A stretch of 64,000 nucleotides of DNA from Vitrella brassicaformis CCMP3155. Lineage: Eukaryota > Protista > Chromerida. The notes below the pieces were generated by a model. It searched no databases and was not told the DNA's origin. It was given only the letters and a program-made list of their open reading frames with translations. A program made the position numbers and the translations under genes. Location of the stretch: the NCBI GenBank assembly GCA_001179505.1, contig CDMY01000430.1:1-64000 (forward strand), given 5' to 3'. Below are positions 36,095-47,124 of the stretch, piece after piece; within the stretch, counting starts at the first letter, position 1; the number at the start of each line of letters is the position of its first letter.

Positions 36095-37129
36095 GGGGAA
36101 GTCATTAATGAAGGTCGGTCATTGCCATCTGAGAGTTCCTCAAGGCTCAGTCTGAAGCATGTGGGCATTCGCAGCTTGTGGGCCCTCCTGGACCTTCGTG
36201 GAGTCTGGAATTCCTGGAGCTTCTAGTTACGGCGCCAGGCCGACACGCCAATTATGTCCTTTCTCTCTTCTCTCTCAACCCTTACTCGTCACCCCACCCT
36301 AAGGAACGGAGCCACAGACAAAGCCATGCAGCACAGGAAAACGGAGACCGAGAGACAAACCAGCCATTGGGAGAGCGGTGCCACATATGCGAAGTATGCG
36401 AACTAGTCCAGAGAAGAGAACACGCAATATCATAGGAATCAAACGGGGGAATCCGTAACAGAGGTGCGTGGCGAGAGGCAAGCTAGGGCGGCTCGTTTGT
36501 GGTGTGGACGTGTGTGGGCGGCGGAGCATGAAGTTTGGGCACGGGCGGGGGGTTTGTGTAGGGGTGGGGGTGAGGGTGAGGTGGTGAAGTCTCCACCTGC
36601 ACATATGACGGAGAAAATCTTTTGCCTCCTCTGCCTTTCACTTCGCTTGCAGTCCCTCGTCACACTCCTCTCTGCCCCTACCTTTAGATTCCGGGACAGT
36701 TCGACCTTTTGGAGGCAGGCAAAAAGACACTGCAAGCCCGATGACGTCCGGCCTTTCCACAAAACCTGTAAGTGGGTCACGTGCACATGTATTTGCATGC
36801 ACCGCATAAACGGATCAGTTGCGTATGTGAATCAGCTGGGCTAATCACTCTGTACAGGAAGTATCGCCTAAAGCAATCAGTACAGGGCTGATTTCGGCTT
36901 TTAAACGTTTGATTGCTTTATATGCACAAGCAAGTGACTGCTTTATCTTCTGCTTGTGGATGACTCGCCAGAGTCACCCTCCATCACAGTGACTCCTTTT
37001 TCCCCGCTCAAAACGACTCTGAAACGACGAAAAATAATCCATTCACTCACTCACGGGTGCGAGTGGTTGCGAGGCTGTTGGGTATCTCGAGTGTCCGATT
37101 CACCCTCCACCAGTGCAACCTGAGCTAGT

Positions 37130-38830
37130 TCGCATGAATGGGCGACGAAGTTCGTCTAAGCATCAGTCGTATCAAGCAAGGAACGAGAACAATACATGCA
37201 AAAAACAATGGACAGACACTCATTGACTGCGAAAACATGTCGCAGACTGCAAACAAGCGCGAGACATGCAACACGACACACATATTCAGGAAATCCAGGC
37301 ACCTCACAGCCCCGGAGCGGGGCTGGTGTGTGGCCTGTATGGCCCGCGGCTGACGAAGTCCTTCGGAAACGCGCTGGCCCTCCGTGGCCCTCTGGCGGCC
37401 GCAGCCCGCTGTGCACGACTCGCCACTTGGAACGCGTTGTGCTTCATCAGCTCGACGGACAGAAGCTGGCTCCAATGGTTGACGAAGCTGTCTCGGAAAG
37501 CTGTGTCTTCCTCCGTGGGAATGGATGTGGGGCGGGGCTTTCGCTTGGCGAGCATCTTGAAAAAGTCCATGGTCTTCTCTCCCCATCTGCCGAACGTCTC
37601 CGCAGCGAGAGGCACGAAGCGGAAGCCGGCTGCTTGGGCGGTTGGACCATACTTGTCGATCTTGTCTTTCTCCGCAAGCTGAGCCGCCTTGCCACCAGAA
37701 AGCTGTGCGCCACGCCGGTTGACCGTCCGGTGGGCGATGGTGGCATCGAGCAGGTAGTCATGGCCGTCGATCACACAATAGATGTCCATGCGCTGGCTGT
37801 TGGGGTTGTCGTCGGGCGGGGTTATACCGAGGCACATTGGAAGGAACATCTGCCTCAGCCAGGATGTGAACAAACAAGTTGCGCATATTGTTGTGTCTTG
37901 TGACCCGCTCACGGCCGGTTTGACACACGTAGTAGTGATCGCCAAACTTGTCAACCTCCCCGCCGCAGATGCATCGCTGCGAGACGGTTGTGTGCGGGAG
38001 GCTAACGCCGAGACACTCGGCGACGGCGTGGCGATGCTGGAAGTTGTTCAGCGCCTTGTGGTCACTGAAAGGGATTGCTGACAGCCAACCAGAGGAGAGA
38101 GGCCCTAGGCAGCTCAAGAGACGAGCGCGGGCTCTGCCGTCGGGCGGGAGGGAGCTGAAGAGCTCGTTGAAGCGGCTCTTGTGCAGTTGATTGGTCAGGC
38201 GCTGCTGCAGCCGGACCTGCGGCCTCGAGAACAGATCCTGGAGGGAGGGGAGGGAGGAGGAGGGTCCGACCGCCTCAGAGACGGCAGCGAGGGCAGGAGC
38301 TGCAGCTTGGAGCCAGGGCAGGTCCAAGAGAGCAGCGGGCCCATCCTGAGGCATCCATGGGGCTCCGCGGAACGCGCAAGAGACATCAGATACCGTCACT
38401 CCGACCGAGCCGAGGAAAGCCGCCCGGGCAATCGTGGCTGCAGAGATAAGGCCGAACCCTTCCAGCCGGATGGGCAGCTGCACTTGCGCGGAAACCGAGT
38501 CAGGGAAGTCACCAGCGAAGCGGAATATGCGTCTGAAAGCCGTGATAACAATGGCAGCGTCACGTCGCTCAACGGCTGGCAGGGAGACATCAGATTCCGC
38601 AGGAAGGAGGCGCAGCCAATAGTTCAGCCGGGGGATGCACAATAGCGGAGGAGAAGGCCAGAGCTCTGCAACCCATCCGATCAGAGGTCACGATTGCCTC
38701 GAGCAGCGGCTGATGGCTGGTGGTGATCTTCTCGAGGCTGCGCCGGATGGAAGAGTTGGCGCCGAGCGGGCAGCCGGGGACAGTGATGTCTTCAGTGTGC
38801 ATCACAGTCCATCGCTGGGAGAGCCGCCGC
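37130..38830 (-). mobile_element. 5'-truncated CRE-like non-LTR retrotransposon with restriction-like endonuclease
   Basis: PRLNYWLR, QLPIRLEGFGL, CICGGEVDKFGDHYYVC, RHNNMR, RMDI...LLDATI, AEKDKIDKY, FVPLAAETFGRWG. Frameshift near 37800-37950. Confidence 0.85.
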
Positions 38831-41352
38831 TTCCATGACAAGCACGCTCCCCACCCCCAAATCACCACGCAACACACGCACGCACCGGTGTCGTCATACC
38901 TGAACGTTGAGGATGCGGATGAGAGGGGGCACGTGCTTTCCTCGAGCGGGGCCTTGTATCGCATTAGTAGCTGCTGGCCTCTCAATGGTCATGTCTCGAA
39001 ATACTGACTGGGCCATAGGATGGCTGCATACGGACACAAACAAACGAAACAGCCATGTGTGTACATGACATCAACAAAGACAAAGACGATTCATTCACTT
39101 ACATCGGGACGGCACCGAGGAGGCAAGGCACCTCTGACCATGCTGGAAGCTATACACGTCGGGAAGCTGCCCTGCAGACGCCCTAAATGCGGTGACTAAT
39201 GGCGGCAAAAAGTCCAACACCTTCATTGCATCCGCAATCGATCTCCGGCCGATGCTGTCTGCAATAACGGCTGGCCACATCACAGCCCAGCTCGTGTATT
39301 TCACACCCCGATACGTTGGATGGCCATCCATAATGCACAGGTGACAAGCGCACTCCTCACACAGCTGGTACTCGTCCACTCGTCCTGCCCGATGTCTTGC
39401 ATCCTCTCGAAGCGACCGAGGAAACCACAGCGCGATTGCTGCCACATGCGATGCCGGAGAGCTGTTGAAGGCGCCGACAATAGCAGCATCGGAATATGTG
39501 TAACCGACACCAGTATTCGCCACCTTTTACCCGAACAACAGGGCGCAATTGCAATTAGAAGCAGACTCGTCTCTGGCAGCGTCCGTGCGCATATCTTTCA
39601 TCAACCAGATCGACCTTGAAGCGTGTGCAAGGACATTGCGGTTGAGTTAGCGGTGAGCAAGTTTTCAGCGGCTATGGTCTCGTTTGCGGGTCGAAGAGCG
39701 ACGGCCGCTTGCGTACGAAGAGAACGTAAAGCAGTTGTGCCCTGAGCGATGCATTGTGTGACTGATGGTTCATGGCTGTGTAACCTTTCAGTGACTGGTT
39801 CTTCTTTCTGACGGAACGAAAAGCGATGCGCGCTTCCGTGTGAACAAACGTAGCGAAATGTATCATGCATTGACACAATTGTGGTGATTTGGGTTGACGA
39901 ACGGCAGCGTCAACTTTCGGTGGCTCATTCTCGTGTTTGACGGAGCGCAGAGCGATGACCGCTTGCGTGAGGACAGAGCACACAAAGGAGCACTCACATA
40001 CAGACTTGCGCGGCGAACGCACCAGAAACCCGAGAGAAAACAGCCAGAAACCGGTTTTCTGGGTTTTTGCTGCCGTTTTTCGCTGTTTTTCGCGCGAACG
40101 CGTGAACGGATTTCAAGCTCGAAGCAAACTTGTTCCTCGCAGTGACCCCCTCCACACATATCAGAAGACAGATCTTCAAAAAACACCCTAGAAAAAAAGT
40201 TGCTTTGTCGCCGGTAAACTGGGACCTGATAACCACCCAGCTCAGCTTTCAGCTTAGAGCAAGATCCGTGAAACTGATCTGAGCTGTCGTGTGCATTGCT
40301 TGCAAACGCATGCTTGGCTGGTCCCTCGTGAAGAACGAACCGAGTGGTGGTTGCTAAGCGCCGCTTTCTTTGCGCTGTACGGCTTCGATAAGCCCGATAT
40401 AGACTGAATCGAGGGCACTGCCGTCCTCTCGGGCATCTCTCTTCCTCGCTCACTGTCGATAGATACACTACACATGCAATCCCTTCGTAGCGCTCATGTC
40501 ATTCCTTGCACCCCCACCATACCACAAACTTTAGTCGTGCCTTGGGCTGAAAACTGCCCGCCCAATACGTGTTCTTCGCACATGTACGGCAGTATTTGGT
40601 GCAAAGGAAGGCAACATACCGCCGCGGCACATGTATTTGTCAACTAGCGTGTATGTGTAGTGGAGAGACGATGTAGTGGAGAGACGACACAAAAGAGCAG
40701 GGAAAGCAACGGTATGATGGAATGCAGTGGAGAGACGCCAGATTATCATTTGTGCGAGGCATTGAGGAGACGGCCTCGTGCTGCCCTTTCTCGCCGTTGC
40801 TTTCGGCCTTCGGCCTCCGCCTGCAAAGCTGTTTGTTCTGTGTACTGAGACGGCATTGGGTGCTCAAAGGAACATGTTTTGTGCGCTTTGAGGGGCAGAC
40901 GTGTGGCGGTGTCTTTCTGCGTGCGTTTTTCGCCGTTTCTTTTCCCCTTCTTGCGCCAAGCGTGCTCTATGGGTTTCCTTTGCTGGTGTGTGGCCTCCTG
41001 CGTGCCTTCTGCAGTGTCCTTTGGTTCCCTCTCTGTCTGTCTTGGTCTGTTCCCCGTTTCTGGTGCTGTTTTCACCGTTTCTTTCGCTCGTCCTGGACGC
41101 ACCTGAGGTGTGGGGTCTGCTGTGTGCTGCTGGTGTGCTGAAAAGGGTGCGGGGATGCTTTTTTCCACGGGTTTTTTGGAAAAGCTCGCCAAGGCTCGCG
41201 GTAAAACGACCCGTCTAGGGGTCCGTGTAATGGTCATGATGACAAACTTGGCTCAGACGTCTCTCGTTTGTGTGGGTGACACAGCCGCACACACAGCGTC
41301 ACGCGTGAACACAGCTCATCCTGGGCGCTTTCGGCCGGATTTCTGTGCTCAT

Positions 41353-44300
41353 TGTTGAGGAAATGATACGCCCGCAGCTCGCAGGAGCTTAGAGGAAGTC
41401 GTACCCTAGTTCAGACGAATTAAAAGTGCCGCGTACACCCGAGGGTTTGGAGCTAGGAACCCTATACGATCGCCTCACACACACCTGGCGTCTTCGGACG
41501 TGTTTGTGCTGTTTGTCAAGCCTGGCTCTTAACTCTTGACCCGCTGAAGCTACTCACGTTTCTTCAACAGGTTATAGAGCCCACTGAGCACCTCCCAAGG
41601 GGAGAAGGCTTGTCGAGCACCAGAACACAGATCTCTATGTGTGTGCTGTGGTTCGACTCAGCATGAGCTCGAGCGGTGAGGTCACGCCTCGTCAAGAGGG
41701 TGATCACGAGCCACACCAACACACTGAGGTGGACGTCATAGTCGGTGATGTCGAGATGGGTGGCGTCAAGGCTGCTGTGGCAGTCAAGGCTGCTGTGGCA
41801 GATCTCTGCCTCGAGGAGGTGGGAGGTGGTGCTTCCGGTGGTCACGATGGCCAAGAGGAAGGTCAACAGCCCTCGCCTCTCGAGCAGCTATACGCCTTTG
41901 CTCTCAAGTGGGAGAGTCTGACATCATGCGACGCATCTGGTGTGGAACGCTGTGTCTCATCTGGTGGCGGCATCTCTATGGTCGGTCGCGGCCGTGGCAA
42001 GGCTCTTACCGTGCCCGCTTGGGTGACCAAGATGCGACCCCAGCAGCAGACGCTGAATGAGACTGAGGCGGAAAGCATGTTGATCGGGTGTGATGCGACA
42101 CGTCGAGCACTTGTTGGTTTGCAGCAAACCATGCTCGAAGTGCGTCGACCTGCCCAGCACACACCGATCGTGGCTATACTCGAACGACCGAAGGTCGAGG
42201 AAGTCCCCAAATGGGATGGCGAGGCCGCAAGCTATGCGGTATGGCGCTGCAGCTTCATGGTTATGATGACTCGCGTCAATCTCAGCCATCTCATCGACAA
42301 GGGCATGCGAGCTGCGTTGCGAATGGTCAGCAACGAGCAGTATGAGGCTGATGCCGGCTACCTCTATGAGCTGCTGCTGCGTGCTGTACATCCATCAGCC
42401 CTCGAGGCCTTGCGCATCATACGCGCCGCTGGGATCAGCGATGCCTATGACGTGCCGGCTATGTGGGCCTTGACGGGTGTTAAGAGCGGTCTCGAAGCAC
42501 GTGACGGCGTTGCGGCTCTGGAAGCACTGGACGCGGTGTACATGCCTGGTGGGCGTGGCCGTAAGTGCTGGCTCTGCGGGCGTTCGGGCCATCTCCAACG
42601 AGACTGCCCACGCAGAGAGCCGGGCAAGGTAGCGAAGAGAAACCCCAAAATGGTACGCACGATGGTGCACAGGGGTGGGAGCAAGTGAGTGCTATTTGTC
42701 GACTGTGAGTCAGTCACGGACAGACGGACAGTCAGCGAAGTGCAGAGGAAGCAGCTTTGGTTGCCTGTGGTCATGCACAAGCTGAGAGCACACAGGGTAG
42801 TGTTGTCTCAGTGGGTATGGCACATTCGTCTGCTTTGGACACTCGGGGTGTATGTTGTGCGAGACAGGCACAGGATAGTGCAGTCAAGACACATACACAA
42901 TGATCGATCGAGTACTTCTTGTCTCGCTTCTTCTCTGGTGCTGTGCGTTACAGACCGGCAAGAAAACGAAGAAGTCAAGCAAGAAGAATAGAGATGAGTC
43001 ACGGGAGGAGTAGGTCGCCATGAGAAGTGCATGTGCTGAACTACAGTGCCTGTTTGACATGCGCTGGACTATGCATCTAGCTGGACTAGAGTGCATGGTT
43101 GCATGTGCTGAACTGTGCATGTTTGCCCGTTGTGTTGACCTGTATGTCTCGTCCATGCCAGCGGCGTGCAATAAGACTGTGCGTGGGACGGACGGATGCA
43201 TGTGAATGAATGCATTGTTGCGTTCAGTTGACTGCATCTAAGGTCGGATCGATCGATCATGAGTGCCAAAGAATGTGAGTGTGTAAACTTGCGCAAGTCA
43301 CACACGCCCATGTAACCCAGGTCAATCCCTTAGTGTAAGCTCACGGACAAGGGAGCAGTCGTTGGTGCATGCGACTGGTCAGAGAGAAAGCCAGCATCTC
43401 GGGTGAATCCTCAAGGCACGCCAGTGACCGCCGAAGGGAAGGTCTTACACACCGACCCTGAGGAATTAAACACAGGCATAAACATCCCTAACCCGGTTGG
43501 AATCGACAGAGCAGCCCGTCGATGGACGCATATAAGCTTCGCTCATCATTATAGGGTGTGTGATGCGTCCTCCAAAGCTCGCCACGGGCCCGGATGCTTG
43601 GCCCTCGTGTCGCACACACGAGGAGGGCACGCAATGGCTTCGTTTGGAACCCTCACAGCTTGAGGATGGCTGACGGGGACCAGGCAAATAGCACCACAAT
43701 CCCATCAACCGAGACGATGAAATCGTCACCTGCACACAAAAGGGAAGTCGGACTTTAACACTTCTGAAGTCCACCCCTGGTGGCTGTCGGTATCTTGTCA
43801 CCTTCGTTGATGCGTATACGAAGAAGATGGGAGTGCATCCACTGCCAGATGGCCGTGAGTCAGTAGTAGCACTGAGACGCCTCTGCGATGAGGTGGAGAC
43901 GCTTGAGATCCTCCGGTCGAGCGATGGACAGGGGCTGTCGGTTGAACAGACCTGCACAGAGGGAGGCCACAAGCAGAACCCAGTGCACACTACTCATCGG
44001 CACAGCATAGGATCGCCAAGCCAGTGAACAGCACGCTGCTTGACATGGCGAGTGCTCTGATGATCGAGCATCGCATCGCTGTGGCGTTCTGGTCCTTTGC
44101 GATTACCTTTGGCAGTGCATCTCTTCAAGCGCATATCCACAAACAATCTGTCACAAAGGACGACACCACACGAGACGTGTGCAATGTGACATGATTGAGG
44201 GATTTACCTGCATCGGATGGGAGACGTGGATGGCTTGGCTGCGTAGTTGTCAGTGAGCCCCGAAGGGCCACGCGCACTCAACCCAGAGCCCATCCCCATG

Positions 44301-46501
44301 ATGCTGCTAGCCATGGTCAATGCAGTGGCTCATGAATCCAGCATCCGCATGGATGGCGCTGTATTTGCAATGACAGATGCAGCAGCCGCCCCACAAGCTG
44401 TTCCGCTGCCTCTCAGACAGTCGGTCAGACGATAGACGAGGCAATGTCGAGTGACTCTATGCTGACGTCGATGCGATGGACGCACTGGCGAGACGTTGTC
44501 TGCCGATGGACGTTGTCTGCACATAGAGAGAGCGGAGCTGCGGCTGATGCGCGGCCGCACGGCCGGCCAGCTGTCGGTGAGGGGGCTGACTTGACGGATG
44601 AGTAAGTGGAGCACATGACCGAGAGTGTTCCTCGAAGTGGGGAAGAGCGGCTCGTCGGGACGATCCGTTGTTGGCACACTCGCTGAGCACTTGGATCGAA
44701 GAGGGGAAGTGATTGCTCCTGTAGACGATCCAATTGCCATCGAGTATGCGGCAATAGATGGCGTCGAGCTCGGCTTCAAGCCGGTTTTCGTGCCGGATAA
44801 AAAGGCTCTTTCTGCCCCATAAGATGGCCGATCGGGCGATGAACAACATGTTGTCGAGCCTCCGTGCTGACACTTAAGATGTACACGTGCTCGCAAGGTC
44901 GTTGTCATCAGCTGAGATGCCCGAGGCTGATGTGCTGTCATACGTGACGTGTGGCTGGCATAACGCCGAGACGGCTGAGTGGATGGATAATGCGGGTTGT
45001 CTTGATCGCGGCAAAAGCAAGTCGCCCTCAATTGATGCGCATCATCCACCTTCAGGCTGCAGGCACCCAACGCACGAACAGCACATAGCAGAATGGCTGA
45101 CGGATAGCAAGGTTCTACTCGCGCCTGGTCGATGTGACGAAGCGAGAGAGGCTGTGGCGTTGCTGTGTGGGGGATATGGGGAGCGTGACGAAGAGAGAGA
45201 GTCGGACGGCAAGAGGGGCAAGAGGGCTGGCACGGAGATGTGCTGCTTTGCCTGCTTGGCCGCAGAAGAGACTCCCTGCCTCTGACACCACCCACACCTA
45301 CACTCAGCAGACACAGCAGGAAGCCAATAGCAATTCGGTGGCCTGACTAGCGTCATGCCGGTGCCGATTTTGTGCATCCATCAAAAGCTATCCAGAAGCC
45401 AGAAATAGCCCCGATGCAGAAGAGTGGTCTGAAGTGACAGACGCACAACATCGGACAATGCACAACTTGGGTGTGTGCGAGGGTTCCTTACGTGAGCTGG
45501 ATGCTGAACGAGCGACTCGTGTGAGAAATGAGTCCTCGAGAAGAAACCAAGGCGACTTGTCGCCAAGGGTTTTATTGAGCAGCTCCTGCAAACAGATGAC
45601 GACAAGCACAGTCGTGCGCTGGTTCTCTCTGAGTGCTCACGGCATACCTCTTGTTCTCCTTCTCTGATCGTCAGGCTGTAGGGAAGCGAACCAACGGCTT
45701 CCAGCAGCTCTTGACTGCAGACAAGCAGAAGAAGACACCCATGTGTGACGTTGTCGATTCCTCGGCATATCAAAGTTGGCTGTGAGGCAGCTGACTTGAA
45801 GAGGGGCGGTGGTCTCGCGATGTCTGACGGGCTCAGAGAGGCAACGAATCTGAGGCCTACAGGCAACAGAAAGACAGGAAGCGTCCTCTGTCAGCAAGAG
45901 CCACAAGAAGCGGAAGCTGGACTAGGGAAGGAAGAGACCCACAAGTCTTCGTGTGTGCTCACCTGAGTTAGTTGGGTGAAGCAACGCGCACTCTCCCTTC
46001 CGAAAGGTGCTGTGATTTGGTGGGTTGGCACAGCAGCCGTCCTTCTTTCGCGCACACGGCCTTGACTCTTGAGCACGAAGAGGCCGACGCTGTGCATGAT
46101 CCCCGCTGCGCACCAGCAGAGATGTGCAACTCGGAATGTGTAGCAGTGCTGTCTGCAGACAGCAGAATCTCAACTGCAGACAGCAGGGCCCGGTGGGTCA
46201 ACGCTTCTGGAAAGCTGGAGATCTGCAGTGAGTGTTCGTGCTCTCTCTTACGTGATAGTGAGAGGGGTGGGCTGCGTGCGAAGAGGGGTGTTGAGGAAAT
46301 GATGCGCCCGCAGCTCGCAAGAGCTAAGAGGAAGGCGTACCCTAGCCCAGATGAATTAAAAGTGCTCGTACACGCGAGGGTTTGGAGCTAAGGGTCCCTA
46401 GACACCTCACACACACCTGGCGTCTTCGGACGTGTTTGTGCTGTTTGTCAAGCCTGGCTCTTAACTCTTGACCCGCTGAAGCTACTCACGTTTCTTCAAC
46501 A
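41353..46501 (+). mobile_element. Degenerate Ty1/Copia LTR retrotransposon
   Basis: LTRs 41353-41569 and 46289-46501 (TGTTGA...TCAACA). PBS GGTTATAGAGCCC at 41570-41582. PPT GAAGAGGGG before the 3' LTR. Gag with CWLCGRSGHLQRDC. Integrase remnants (VTFVDAYT; TLLDMASALM...FWSFAI) at ~43.8-44.1 kb. No TSD. Confidence 0.9.
41639..42688 (+). CDS. Copia gag-like ORF with CCHC zinc knuckle
   Basis: 349-aa ORF directly after the PBS; PKWDGEAASYAVW and CX2CX4HX4C. Confidence 0.75.
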   Translation: MCAVVRLSMSSSGEVTPRQEGDHEPHQHTEVDVIVGDVEMGGVKAAVAVKAAVADLCLEEVGGGASGGHDGQEEGQQPSPLEQLYAFALKWESLTSCDASGVERCVSSGGGISMVGRGRGKALTVPAWVTKMRPQQQTLNETEAESMLIGCDATRRALVGLQQTMLEVRRPAQHTPIVAILERPKVEEVPKWDGEAASYAVWRCSFMVMMTRVNLSHLIDKGMRAALRMVSNEQYEADAGYLYELLLRAVHPSALEALRIIRAAGISDAYDVPAMWALTGVKSGLEARDGVAALEALDAVYMPGGRGRKCWLCGRSGHLQRDCPRREPGKVAKRNPKMVRTMVHRGGSK

Positions 46502-46664
46502 TGTTGAGAAACCAATCAGGCTATAGCCGAGGTTATCCATCTGCGGGCCGACACATCGTTTCCTCAACACGGTGTCTGTTTTGAATCACCTTGGCGACGC
46601 GTGTTGGCGGGTCTTGACTCTTCGTAATGCTCTCGAAGCGACGCTAAGAGAGGCCGACGCGCCA

Positions 46665-46740
46665 GCAGCGCCCGAAACGAGCGACGCCAACTGCAACTTT
46701 CGGCAGCGCCCGAAACGAGCGACGCCAACTGCAACTTTCG
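46665..46740. repeat. 38-bp exact tandem duplication
   Basis: GCAGCGCCCGAAACGAGCGACGCCAACTGCAACTTTCG x2. Confidence 0.9.
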
Positions 46741-47124
46741 GCTCTGGAGCTCCTGTTTGTGCGCGCAATTTTGCGCGCGGGCATCTCGCTAGTCCTTCCA
46801 AAAGCGGTGTGGCAATGATTTGAACAGCTTCCCGGGGACCTTGATCGCGAGCTCAAACCGTAAAACAGAAGAATAGACAAGAACGGCGTTCAAAACACAC
46901 ACGCACCTCGAAACCACGAGGAGAAGAGGAAAAGAGAGCAGGAAGGTGGTCCCCAAGGCCGTGAGGTATGCATGCGAGGAGGAAACACACCTCGAGGGGA
47001 GGAAAGGCAGGGCCCTCCGCTATATCACGCATTCACGAATGCACTGGCAGCGAGGGCACCACTGCTCTCGCCAGCATGGCTATGATCACGTTGCCATGTC
47101 TGTTGTCCTGTCTGTCTGTCCTCT

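Noticed and set aside
39095-39523. 142-aa minus-strand ORF with faint GST N-terminal resemblance
   Set aside because: The similarity is too weak to call by eye.
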